A DNA stretch of 25,049 nt, from positions 1-25,049 of IMG/VR virus record IMGVR_UViG_3300005512_000306. One strand, 5' to 3'. The translations under genes were made by a program, and so were the position numbers. Origin of the DNA: a virus (lineage: Duplodnaviria; Caudoviricetes). Below the pieces are notes generated by a model, which made no database searches, was not told where the DNA came from, and saw only the letters and a program-made list of their open reading frames with translations. This document shows, piece after piece, positions 8,601 to 17,060 of the stretch; positions within the stretch are counted from its first letter, which is position 1; each line of letters begins with the position of its first letter.

Positions 8601-10796
8601 ATGTCTAATGTCAGGACTATAGTCTAATAGCTTATAAATTTCATTAGTAGTAAATAAATCAGATTGATTTCTAGAAGCTTCTATTAAAGTTTTAAGGTCC
8701 TGCCTAAATCTTTTAGTAGCTAACTTTACACCAAGTAAAGACTTATCATACATATAAGTAGACAATACTTCTAGTTGCCTTTTAGCTGCACGTTCTGCAA
8801 ACTGGTGACTCATTGTCCAACTTCGTTCTAAAGCTTTATCAGATTTACCAAAAACAGCTAACCAATTAAAGGCTCCTTTATTATCAAAGATAACTTCTCT
8901 ACCCTTAGTAGCTACTCTACCTAACCAATTTAAACTAGGGTCTTGTTCCCAAGGGGTCTTATTAAAATCGTCAGCTAATTGTCTTACTTCATCAAAGAAA
9001 TCTCCTGTTCTTTCCCATTTTATTTGATACCTAGCTGTTCCATACATTTTAATATCTGTTAAAATACTAGGTAGTTCGTCTTTAATAGGTACTTTGTATA
9101 AAGGATTACCAGCATCATCTAAGGCTTCCATAAATACTTTACCACCATCTGTACCTTCAGCTTCATTAAGACGTTTTACTTTAGCTTGAAGAGCAAGACC
9201 TGCTTGATGAGCTTCTACTATATTAGAGTAAGCAAACCCATCTTTATTAAAAGCTAATGACATTTTAATCTGTGTACCATTACTTACAATAGGTAATACA
9301 GTTTGACTAGGAGCCATTTCAATAGGTATATCACTAACTATATCTGAATATATATTAGCATTTTCTTCCATCCAAGAGTATCGTTTTTGATAATCTTTAA
9401 AATAAGGATTAAGTACAAAGTCTCTGGCTATTTCAGATTGTTCTAATTTAAGAGCTTTAAATCCAGGAGTAGCATCAAAGGTTTCTCCTTGATACGCATT
9501 ACGAACAAACTTAGGCATCATTAACATATTAATAAAACTTTCAACAGATATATTCATAGCTTTAGAAGCTTGTCCTGTTGTATCTTCCATAAATATTTTA
9601 CTTAACTCTTGAGCTGTAGACTTATTACTATTAATAGCATCAAGTAAAGGAGACTTTTTAGGAATAGTTATACCTAAATCTTCTACAGTTCTAGTAGATA
9701 AGTCATCTATAAAAGGTACATCTGGTTTAAAGTCAGGCTTTCCTTCTAATAGTTTAACTACTTGATATGCATTTGGGTCTGTAACTTTAAGGTAGGCATC
9801 TTTAGATAATTTTGTTCCTTTTCTAAAGATAGGAATAGAAAACGCTGTAAGAATTTCTAAAGGAATCTTAGCTTTATCTACATCATCAGGGGATATTTTA
9901 GTAGCAGCCCATGTTAAACCTTCATCTAGTTTAGTAAATCCTTGAGTAACCCAAGCTTCTTCTATATCTTCACGTTCAACACCAAGAGCATTAGCTACAT
10001 AGAAAAAAGCATCATATAAATCTTCACCCCAAGATTCATTAATTACTGTTCTAGCTTTAGTTCTTGCATCTGTAACTAATTGTATTTCTTCCTCAGTAGC
10101 ATAAAGGAATCCTGTATAAGCTAATTCACTAAGATAAGGAGCAAGTCCTACAATAAGAGTATTAAATAAGGCAAGAGGTTCTGCTACAACAGGGTCATAA
10201 ATAGACTCCATAATCTGGTCAAACATAGAACCATCTAATTTTTTATTAGGTTCTTGTTCAGGTACTGGAGTTTTACCTGTAACAATATCATTAATAATTC
10301 CAAGACTTTCTAAAAAATCTTCTTTTGTTTTATAATTATGAATTTTATAAGCAAGTCCATCAAGCTCTTCGTCAGTTATTACAGGGTTTTCGTCTATTTC
10401 TTTTTCTTGTAATGTTTCAAGATACATAGACCTAAGACTAGCTTGAGCTGGGTCGTTCAATCTTAATTGTTTATCAAGAATATAACTCTTTTCTTGTTTA
10501 GTAAAGCTAGGGTCAGCTATCATATTCTCAATAAACATAGCTCTATCTAAATCTTTTTTCTGTCTATATTGAGAACGTAAAGCATTAACAACCATAGAAT
10601 CTCCAGTTGCTTCTAGTTCTTCTATACGAGTATAATAGTCTTGTAATGGATTTTCTGACTCAGTAAGAGCTGTTGCATAGAAAGCATCATTTTTATTTAT
10701 AGGACTAGTTAAAGGTAATCTATTTTCACTAGGATTATAAATAGGAAGTTCTGCATCAACATCTAAAAAGTCTTGTTTAATTATGTTTTGTAACAT
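5697..10796 (-). CDS. Large internal virion (ejection) protein, T7 gp16-like analogue
   Basis: 1699 aa. C-terminal third has QYIGQFQAFGMK (QFxxF-type motif) and hydrophobic Gly-rich segments (LAVFGVRGGLVYGLG) like podovirus core proteins; position after the tail genes. Confidence 0.6.
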   Translation of the reverse strand: MLQNIIKQDFLDVDAELPIYNPSENRLPLTSPINKNDAFYATALTESENPLQDYYTRIEELEATGDSMVVNALRSQYRQKKDLDRAMFIENMIADPSFTKQEKSYILDKQLRLNDPAQASLRSMYLETLQEKEIDENPVITDEELDGLAYKIHNYKTKEDFLESLGIINDIVTGKTPVPEQEPNKKLDGSMFDQIMESIYDPVVAEPLALFNTLIVGLAPYLSELAYTGFLYATEEEIQLVTDARTKARTVINESWGEDLYDAFFYVANALGVEREDIEEAWVTQGFTKLDEGLTWAATKISPDDVDKAKIPLEILTAFSIPIFRKGTKLSKDAYLKVTDPNAYQVVKLLEGKPDFKPDVPFIDDLSTRTVEDLGITIPKKSPLLDAINSNKSTAQELSKIFMEDTTGQASKAMNISVESFINMLMMPKFVRNAYQGETFDATPGFKALKLEQSEIARDFVLNPYFKDYQKRYSWMEENANIYSDIVSDIPIEMAPSQTVLPIVSNGTQIKMSLAFNKDGFAYSNIVEAHQAGLALQAKVKRLNEAEGTDGGKVFMEALDDAGNPLYKVPIKDELPSILTDIKMYGTARYQIKWERTGDFFDEVRQLADDFNKTPWEQDPSLNWLGRVATKGREVIFDNKGAFNWLAVFGKSDKALERSWTMSHQFAERAAKRQLEVLSTYMYDKSLLGVKLATKRFRQDLKTLIEASRNQSDLFTTNEIYKLLDYSPDIRHVRGLQDTLALMRQIDKFSYQLLNQREINRYVTEGFKDYIDINRMDGNKQRIMVQDVFQFPIDENTGKINLDTLWDAEHQTAFKWNAHEANNQTIAVEQFLYQNDLPIRKIVKLAKPFRDETGAMFDYAILPKGQKLTGVPDWIVPTKTGHFSRISEGTFFVKAYPKRIVRNGKLTMAPVGTLAREIPLLESNANTVAMFKTKTEANAWMNKNRDLLPEMDSTKYDFDVVKAEELTARDNLEVHLIREAVARPAKASNDNIYNPIYADPLESFVLTTQRLGTDAFMQPVLEQMQVGWLEAYKGKVRLEHGSEVYPTKASEIQIKPGNERIYRQAVAEWERMHAMGQGHSGQMWARYLSMIADKLGSATDSPMFLHASKFFRRWERNPNVVLDAPRRYVTTFKITLAALWRNLTLQPIGIFGPMIVGPDSLNTFVNTVGTVHAKLLQSKGIEGKYAKYNPELFKYAYEQGKIEKSLGVDSSKLTLKDHQYIIKYIEDVGHGITGEHYFAKGIFSHKVDTLSGGTTFGRLANKALSTYGKYGFEAGEYMNRVGMWHAARSLWVKNNPGKNWRSKTAMNEITFDANQLAGSMIKENTYAFQRVPILQYIGQFQAFGMKASESIWNKGASPYSPTQRGALAAYNLAVFGVRGGLVYGLGELILDSLNASGNEDVAKMLDDVALTRLIINRTADAVFPTYDDNGNLITSTADIAQVYSPFGTEAGGVYRSFWKTLATMLGADIPNYQLGPATRTAIQVIDTFKLIDSMFTEHDNIAFNDKLQSSLVQLARLTSGGSSLWNTFMYTKLNEKISRLGQTTGTPVSNFDKFLTAFSVPNDKDRIFFETKFSLKDEKERIAELAKSWWESGLILNGYDLTFGEITESFRTANFIAEFTDNQRDMFWEELIKLDSQSKKSRLKSLFNDILERRRIHANPKYSTEDIQAIKSFIELAPNSEYRNTLETLYNELQDLKED

Positions 10797-10804
10797 ATAA
10801 TTTA

Positions 10805-11743
10805 TTATCCAGTTTTAATATCAAAAACTTGTTCATTTAAAAAGTTACTTTTATTAAATATGCTTTCCCCTAAAGAACTAACTTGTGCCCACTTACCTTC
10901 TTGTCCTTTAGCTGTAAAATAATCTGTACCATAATCAGAACCTAGTTGAGCTTGATTACTTATTGCTTGACTTGCTCCCTCACCAAAATCAACTGCTCCA
11001 AGATTTGCAGTTGTTTGTGTTTGTATAGCAGAAGTAGCTCCTAGTAACCCAGAAGTACCTACACCTAATCCTGCACCAGCAGCAGATGCTTGATAACCTC
11101 CTGAAATAATACGTTGTTGTCTAAGTAAATCAAGTCTTTGTCTACGTGCTAATGTTTCTTGATAACGTTGTTTCATTTTTTGTTCTTCTTTTTCAACACG
11201 TGCTTGTCCTTCTAAAGCTTCTGCTTGAGCACTTACAGCTTTACGTTGTTGAACATAACCCACACCTTGTAATGCCATACTTCCTGCTTGAAAAGGATTT
11301 TCAGAAACCAAGCCTCCAACTTTTGAAAGACCTGAAGCAATTGTACTACCTATACCTAATCCAGCTTGAGTTGTTTGTGCAGTACTAATTAAAGCAGGAT
11401 TAACAAATTTACCTACACTCATAGCTCCAGGTAAGGTTGCTGATTTTGCAGCAGCTGCAGCTGTATAGGCTTGATAGCCTCCATAAGCAGCTGCACCTAC
11501 AGCTACATAGGGTGCTACTTTTTTTACTACCTTTACTGCTTTTTTAGCTGCTTTTTTATACTCAGGTAATCCTGTATTAGGGTTAATTGTACCAGAACCT
11601 CCTAAAGCTTTAAGTAATGCTGCTTCTTGGGGATTAATATGAGCAAGCGTAGTGTCGCCTTCTCTACCCATGCTAGCAACATCATGATATAAAGCTTGTA
11701 AAGCTTCTACCTTTTGTTGTTGTGTTAAATTATTAATGTCCAT
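10805..11743 (-). CDS. Putative internal virion protein (T7 gp14-like analogue)
   Basis: 312 aa, Ala/Gly/Gln-rich with hydrophobic stretches and a coiled coil; N-terminal GDTTLAHINPQEAALLKALGGSGTINPNTGLPEY module. Confidence 0.6.
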   Translation of the reverse strand: MDINNLTQQQKVEALQALYHDVASMGREGDTTLAHINPQEAALLKALGGSGTINPNTGLPEYKKAAKKAVKVVKKVAPYVAVGAAAYGGYQAYTAAAAAKSATLPGAMSVGKFVNPALISTAQTTQAGLGIGSTIASGLSKVGGLVSENPFQAGSMALQGVGYVQQRKAVSAQAEALEGQARVEKEEQKMKQRYQETLARRQRLDLLRQQRIISGGYQASAAGAGLGVGTSGLLGATSAIQTQTTANLGAVDFGEGASQAISNQAQLGSDYGTDYFTAKGQEGKWAQVSSLGESIFNKSNFLNEQVFDIKTG

Positions 11744-11744
11744 A

Positions 11745-12050
11745 CTATGTCTCCAAGATTGTTATGTAGTTTTGTATTCCATCTTCATCAAAAACTACAT
11801 GGTCAGGAACTGTTATAGCTCCAAATAGTTCATTAAACTTACGTTCTTTTTCTCCTTCACATAAACCAAATACATAATTAATACCATTTGATTTAAGTTT
11901 TTGTTTTACTTTATTTAATGCTTTTAAATATCTTTTAAATTTATTGTGGGACCATTCAGTGCATTCAATATGCATTTGCCAAGCTTTCATTTCTTTACTA
12001 TAGGTTACTCCAATAAATCCATTACCTTTTTCTTCGTACAATATTACCAT
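11745..12050 (-). CDS. Hypothetical protein, possibly GNAT-like (T7 gp13 position)
   Basis: 101 aa between nozzle and first ejection protein; the KFNELFG segment resembles a degenerate GNAT C-terminal motif. Function is inference. Confidence 0.5.
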   Translation of the reverse strand: MVILYEEKGNGFIGVTYSKEMKAWQMHIECTEWSHNKFKRYLKALNKVKQKLKSNGINYVFGLCEGEKERKFNELFGAITVPDHVVFDEDGIQNYITILET

Positions 12051-14305
12051 TAAATAGTTTCATTCATAATAACTGGTAAACCCCAGCCTAGTATTTGCAT
12101 ATCTTTACCAGCTTCAGATTCTATTTTTAAACTTAATGTTTTACCAGAACCTCTAAGTTTATTTTTAGTTACGATAACACCTTCACCATAGTCAAAAGGG
12201 TCAGCAGGTCCAGTTGGTATGTAATGTCTAAGTAGTTTATATGCTTGAAATTGTGTTCCCCATTTACCACTATTAGCAGAGTTTGTCCAATTCCATTGTG
12301 CTTGTACTAAACATGAAGATGGGTTAGTTAATTCTAAAGTTCCACTTGCAGCTGTGTATCCATTCTCAGTACGTTTAAAATAAAATTGTATATAGGGTAC
12401 TTGTTTTTTTCTAAGAAAGTTTCCAAATAATTCCCAACCTGTTACAAGATAACTTAAATAAGATATACCAACAGCATCTGAAGAAACCCAATCTTTAAAC
12501 GTATCATCTTTATATTTAGATATAGTAAATGAAGTACCTCGTATTGTTAAATAACTAAATTGACTACTTCTATTTATAGCTAAATCTGAGTCTACTACTA
12601 CAGTATTTCCTGCTGTTACTAATACTTCATCTGTTCCTGTATACACAGTTTCTTCTGTAGATGTGACAGAGTATCCTGGAATAGGTATATAGTCTGCTAC
12701 ATAAGGACTATTACTTGCTAGTGTACTAAACGTATTTTTATACCAAGCTTGTAATGTAAGGTCATATATTAATTCTTTATTATAATTATTAATATAATTA
12801 GTTGTACTATAATTTTCACTATCATTATACAACCATCTTACTTGATTTTCTTTTTCATCATAAAAACCTTTACAATGATTTTTACCAATATCAGGTATAT
12901 TTAAGTATAATGTTTGTATTGTTTTAAGTGAAACAGACTCTGCTCTAAAACGACCAGAAGCACTATCAGGAGCTAATTGATATATACCAGCTTTAGACCA
13001 ATAAACAAAGTTACCATTAATATCAACAATAGATTTAGGATTAAATACACCATTTGTAGATATCTTAGATACTTGGAAAGAGGTTGCTACAAAGCCACCA
13101 GTGTCTCCATATACTTCATACACACCATTTTCAGCAAATACAAGTAATGAAGCCTGTGTTGAAGCTATCTTAATAATTCTAGTTACTTCTGGTAGGTGTA
13201 CAGTACCTCCATCATTAGCTATAATGTCATTAATACCTGGGTCAGTAGGGTCAGCTTCTTGATAGCACTTAATTAAATCATCATCAGAGGTTACAACTTT
13301 AGAAAAGAAAATATAACCAGAATAATTAGGAGACCTAGAATCTCCTCCATTAAGATTTGATACTATACCTGAATAAAAAACTCGTTGTGCATAAGATGCT
13401 ACAGTAGTAATAGTACCATTTTCAGAATCAGAAGGTAATCCTGTTACCCCTGATTCAGCTTGTCTAGAAGCTCCTCTATTAAAAGCATCAATAACATATG
13501 AACCTCTAGATACTTGATACTTAGATGTAGAATTTCTTTCTAATACTTCAGGGTCATATCTTTCATAATCAGCTGAACCTGGATTAGATACTTTACCTAG
13601 TGTCCATACATCAGAATTAGAAGGGTATACCAAAAGTTTAGTTTTAGTATAATCAATTGCATCTGCGCTACCTGCAGCTGCTACAGATACTACTTCAGGA
13701 CTCCAACCTTGATTACGTAAATTATATTTATGTGCATTAGATAAACTAGAGGGTCTTTCATCTACGTCAAGATTATCATCTACACCATATAAATCTCTAA
13801 TTTTTAAAATTAATTGAGATTGAGTAACTATACCTGTACTTGGATTATAAGTTAATTTAATAGGATGTAATAAATCTTCTGAAGCTATAACACATTTATT
13901 ACTAATAACAGCTGTTTCAATATTTGCATTAGATAAACCAGAAATAGTAATAGGACTACCACTATTTTTTAATGCTGCACTTGGAGTAGCTGCTAATAAA
14001 TTAACAAACCATATTCTATTTTTAACTCTAATTAATCCAAGAGATACAGTAGTATCTCCTCCTGGACTTTCCCATACATGAAATGATTGTTTACCATCCC
14101 TTAGGTCAGCAGTTGTAAGTCCAGTAACTGTTAATACATAAGACTCTTCAAAGTCTACACCAAGTCTGCGTGAACGAGACCCATCTCTGTTAAGAACAAA
14201 GTTTTGTTCATCAATAGAAGCAGACTCAGGAAAGGTTAATTCATTAGCTTCAGTAACAAGACCTTTAATGAAAGACCTAAATGACTTTTCTGTTTTTTGA
14301 GCCAT
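12050..14305 (-). CDS. Tail nozzle / tail tubular protein B analogue
   Basis: 751 aa, beta-rich. N-terminal SFIKGL...NFVLNRDGSRSRRLG fits the F.GG...N......G...RR.G start of podovirus nozzle proteins; position after the adaptor. Confidence 0.75.
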   Translation of the reverse strand: MAQKTEKSFRSFIKGLVTEANELTFPESASIDEQNFVLNRDGSRSRRLGVDFEESYVLTVTGLTTADLRDGKQSFHVWESPGGDTTVSLGLIRVKNRIWFVNLLAATPSAALKNSGSPITISGLSNANIETAVISNKCVIASEDLLHPIKLTYNPSTGIVTQSQLILKIRDLYGVDDNLDVDERPSSLSNAHKYNLRNQGWSPEVVSVAAAGSADAIDYTKTKLLVYPSNSDVWTLGKVSNPGSADYERYDPEVLERNSTSKYQVSRGSYVIDAFNRGASRQAESGVTGLPSDSENGTITTVASYAQRVFYSGIVSNLNGGDSRSPNYSGYIFFSKVVTSDDDLIKCYQEADPTDPGINDIIANDGGTVHLPEVTRIIKIASTQASLLVFAENGVYEVYGDTGGFVATSFQVSKISTNGVFNPKSIVDINGNFVYWSKAGIYQLAPDSASGRFRAESVSLKTIQTLYLNIPDIGKNHCKGFYDEKENQVRWLYNDSENYSTTNYINNYNKELIYDLTLQAWYKNTFSTLASNSPYVADYIPIPGYSVTSTEETVYTGTDEVLVTAGNTVVVDSDLAINRSSQFSYLTIRGTSFTISKYKDDTFKDWVSSDAVGISYLSYLVTGWELFGNFLRKKQVPYIQFYFKRTENGYTAASGTLELTNPSSCLVQAQWNWTNSANSGKWGTQFQAYKLLRHYIPTGPADPFDYGEGVIVTKNKLRGSGKTLSLKIESEAGKDMQILGWGLPVIMNETI

Positions 14306-14533
14306 CTAGCCCTCGTAGGATTTATGTGCTTTGTCAGCCTTTTTATCTGGTTGGTTATGAACAAAGGTAAGAACAGCAGAATCTACTAAATTCATAGATG
14401 TGTATACACCTGATAGTTCACTAGGTAATTCTCCTCCTCCATCCCATTGTAATTTGTAATGTGATGTTCCAGGTTCAATGTATGCTTGTAATTCTTTAAT
14501 ACCTTTTGTTTTATAACTTCTTATTACTTTCAT
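14306..14533 (-). CDS. Hypothetical protein (75 aa)
   Basis: ORF with AAGGA upstream, packed directly against the nozzle start. Confidence 0.7.
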   Translation of the reverse strand: MKVIRSYKTKGIKELQAYIEPGTSHYKLQWDGGGELPSELSGVYTSMNLVDSAVLTFVHNQPDKKADKAHKSYEG

Positions 14534-14542
14534 AAGTGGTCC

Positions 14543-15079
14543 TTATTTAGTTGGTCGTTTTAATAATTGTTGAGCCATACGAGTGGCTTCATGAATACGT
14601 CTTGGTTGCTTAATATCTCTAGCTTTTCTTGCAGCTTCTTTACGTTGATTATCTTTATATTTTTGAGTAGCGGGATAATAAGCATTTCCCGGTCCTGTAC
14701 CTACTTTTAAATCTGGTTTATTAGGAATGTTAGGAGTAGTACTTTGTGTATAAGGGTCTATTTTTTTACCGCCAACTCCTTTAAGAATACCAGGAACTTC
14801 AGGGGTTTTATAAGAGGAGCCTCCAATATTTCCAGGAGTAACTTTTAATGCTCCTTTAGGTGAAATAGATTCTCTATTCTTAAACATTCCTCCAGTAGTA
14901 TCTGTTGGTTTATAAGTATCAAATCCAGAAACAGTTTTCTTTTTTGATAAGTTTTTTCTGTTTTGTTCAATTTTTTTAGCTCGTTGTTTAGCTCTTTGTT
15001 CATCTATGATACGACCAAAAAAACCCTCTGGACCAAAAATTCCTTTAGGATTATATCCTTTTTTGTTTCTGTCAGCCAT
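14543..15079 (-). CDS. Basic, Gly/Pro/Lys-rich low-complexity protein
   Basis: 178 aa; TAATG coupling to the upstream mini-ORF; AGGA upstream. Confidence 0.7.
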   Translation of the reverse strand: MADRNKKGYNPKGIFGPEGFFGRIIDEQRAKQRAKKIEQNRKNLSKKKTVSGFDTYKPTDTTGGMFKNRESISPKGALKVTPGNIGGSSYKTPEVPGILKGVGGKKIDPYTQSTTPNIPNKPDLKVGTGPGNAYYPATQKYKDNQRKEAARKARDIKQPRRIHEATRMAQQLLKRPTK

Positions 15080-15216
15080 TACTTTTTCCTTTTAACTGGA
15101 GTTTTCTTTTTATTATATGAATGTTTTTTACCACAAGCCATAGTCTTTTTCCTTTTCTTTTTACCATACTGTTGACCTTCTATAAAAGCACCAGTATTGC
15201 TAGTTAACATACTCAT
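15079..15216 (-). CDS. 45-aa mini-protein: copy of the MCP N-terminus plus Lys/Arg-rich tail
   Basis: Hand translation MSMLTSNTGAFIEGQQYGKKKRKKTMACGKKHSYNKKKTPVKRKK. TAATG overlaps at both ends (15216 and 15079). Not in the ORF track. Confidence 0.8.
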   Translation of the reverse strand: MSMLTSNTGAFIEGQQYGKKKRKKTMACGKKHSYNKKKTPVKRKK

Positions 15217-15989
15217 TAATAGTTAGGACCTTTTTTAGATATTGTAGGTCTGCCATAATTAGGATATTTAATCCCACGTTCTAGTTTCCATGCATCTTGA
15301 CTCATTCTACGTTTATGAGAAACAGAAGTTTGTTCTGCTTTTTGATTAGCTATTTGTTTAAGAGTAATAAAAGAAGTTGATTTAGCTTCTGCTAAAAAAT
15401 AACTAAACATTTGTACAGGTAAATCAGCAATAAAGTTATCACTTAATGTAAATATAACAGCACGTTTACCAAAAGCTTGAGATTTAGATTTTTGTAAATG
15501 TGTATCTGTTGTTTGAATATAATTATCAAATACTACATACTCTTCATCAAAAGATGTATAGTATTCAGGAGCTCTATCTTTATAGATATTAAGTTTAATT
15601 CCTTGTAAACTATCTACTACTTGAACTTTACTATCTGTACTATTTCTGACATCTACATGATTAATAAACTCTTCAGGAGTTAAGTATTTAATTTCAGTAT
15701 ATTGATGTTTAGCTAACTCTGTTTTTCTTACATCATACTTAATCCAATGTACATTTTCAATTGTATCTGGTATTTTCATATGAGTAGGTCTAGTATCATT
15801 AGCACTGTCTAATTGAAATAACTCATTAAAATGTGGATAGTCTCTACCATTAACAATATTAAAATAAGTAGTTTTAATTATTTGAGCTACTTGCAAAGAC
15901 TCTACTGAATCATTAATGCTATTGACTTCATCTGAATCCATATCAGATAAGATATCTTGAGCCATTTCAAGTAGTGTCATCTTAGCCAT
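15216..15989 (-). CDS. Head-tail adaptor / tail tubular protein A analogue
   Basis: 257 aa; MTLLEMAQDILSDMDSDEVNSI N-terminus resembles T7 gp11-like adaptors; position downstream of the capsid genes. Confidence 0.72.
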   Translation of the reverse strand: MAKMTLLEMAQDILSDMDSDEVNSINDSVESLQVAQIIKTTYFNIVNGRDYPHFNELFQLDSANDTRPTHMKIPDTIENVHWIKYDVRKTELAKHQYTEIKYLTPEEFINHVDVRNSTDSKVQVVDSLQGIKLNIYKDRAPEYYTSFDEEYVVFDNYIQTTDTHLQKSKSQAFGKRAVIFTLSDNFIADLPVQMFSYFLAEAKSTSFITLKQIANQKAEQTSVSHKRRMSQDAWKLERGIKYPNYGRPTISKKGPNY

Positions 15990-16549
15990 TAACTATGTCC
16001 TTGTATCATTAATTGAATAGAAGCATAGTCAACTGTACATGCTCCACTTGCTTTTGAATATATTTCTAAATAATCTGATGTTACTAAACTGACAACAGTA
16101 GACAAAGTAATAGAACCCCAAGAACCAGTAGACAAACTTCTAATAACTCTTGAGCCTGTAATCTCTGTACCATTTTTAAATAATGCCCATTGTACATCTT
16201 TATTAGAACCTGATGCTTGTTTAGTAGCAAGAGATAATTGTACAAATGCTGTAATACTTTCTGTACCTGAATATGTAATTCTAAGATTAGGAGAAGTAAC
16301 AATAGTAAAACCATCATTAGCTCCTGTAGTTATTGTATTATTGAGTACTGTATCTGATGTAGTAGTTGTATGTTGATATGCTGGAGTTACCGCATCAAAA
16401 CCTGTGTATGCTCCAAGCCATTTGTCTTTATCTTTCCATGTACCTGAGCCTGCACCATTAGCTACATATACTTGACCTGATGAAGCAGTAGCTACACCTT
16501 TAGGTTCATGAATGTCTGGGTCTGTAATTACATTATGTTGTATTGTCAT
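15989..16549 (-). CDS. Virion structural protein, possible head fibre with C1q/BclA-like C-terminal domain
   Basis: 186 aa, Thr/Ser/Gly-rich; N-terminal IHEPKGV...GQVYVANGAGSGTW; C-terminal WALFKNG...VSL...DYLEIY beta-sandwich pattern. Confidence 0.55.
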   Translation of the reverse strand: MTIQHNVITDPDIHEPKGVATASSGQVYVANGAGSGTWKDKDKWLGAYTGFDAVTPAYQHTTTTSDTVLNNTITTGANDGFTIVTSPNLRITYSGTESITAFVQLSLATKQASGSNKDVQWALFKNGTEITGSRVIRSLSTGSWGSITLSTVVSLVTSDYLEIYSKASGACTVDYASIQLMIQGHS

Positions 16550-16560
16550 TTAAATTCCTT

Positions 16561-16590
16561 AAAAGGAGTGGGGTCCGAAGACCCCTATCC
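16561..16590 (-). terminator. Rho-independent terminator with cUUCGg tetraloop
   Basis: Minus strand reads GGATAGGGGTC-TTCG-GACCCCACTCC-TTTT, immediately after the stop of 16591-17049. Confidence 0.85.
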
Positions 16591-17049
16591 TTATACTTCT
16601 ACGTGATATTCAACAATAACTGTTGCAGTACCAGCAGTATATGTGCCAGTTGCAGCTACTGTTAGTTCACCAGCATTAGCACCGATAGTAGCACCAACTA
16701 ATGCCCCGTTGCCTTCAATAACAGCACCAGCAGTAGTTGGAGTAATAGCAGCGTCTAAGCCGTCAGCGTCAATAACTGTACCATCACCTTGGTATAAACC
16801 TACGTTAAGGCTTGTACCTCCAGCCCATGCAGTACCTGTAATCCATGTTGAGGATACGATAGTTGCATTTGCAGGAATAGCAAATTGTAAGTTAGTTGAG
16901 CCATAGGTAGGTAAATCAGAATAATCAAACTGCCATTCAGCACGTTTAACTTGTCCTGTTGATTTAGCCTGACCGCCCCATTTTGCATCTCTGTCTCTTG
17001 GTCCATAGTGATTAAGGACATTGATGCCAGCATTATTTTCATAAGCCAT
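16591..17049 (-). CDS. Capsid decoration / minor capsid protein
   Basis: 152 aa, Ala/Gly/Thr-rich and beta-like; directly after MCP with a strong GGAG RBS and before the terminator. Confidence 0.62.
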   Translation of the reverse strand: MAYENNAGINVLNHYGPRDRDAKWGGQAKSTGQVKRAEWQFDYSDLPTYGSTNLQFAIPANATIVSSTWITGTAWAGGTSLNVGLYQGDGTVIDADGLDAAITPTTAGAVIEGNGALVGATIGANAGELTVAATGTYTAGTATVIVEYHVEV

Positions 17050-17060
17050 TTTTATTCTCC

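Noticed and set aside
11146-11388. 80-aa hydrophobic plus-strand ORF
   Set aside because: Antisense to a Lys/Gln/Glu-rich coding region, which generates spurious Leu/Phe runs.
14963-15175. 70-aa Phe-rich plus-strand ORF
   Set aside because: Mirror of poly-Lys codons on the minus strand; the coupled minus-strand 45-aa ORF explains the interval better.
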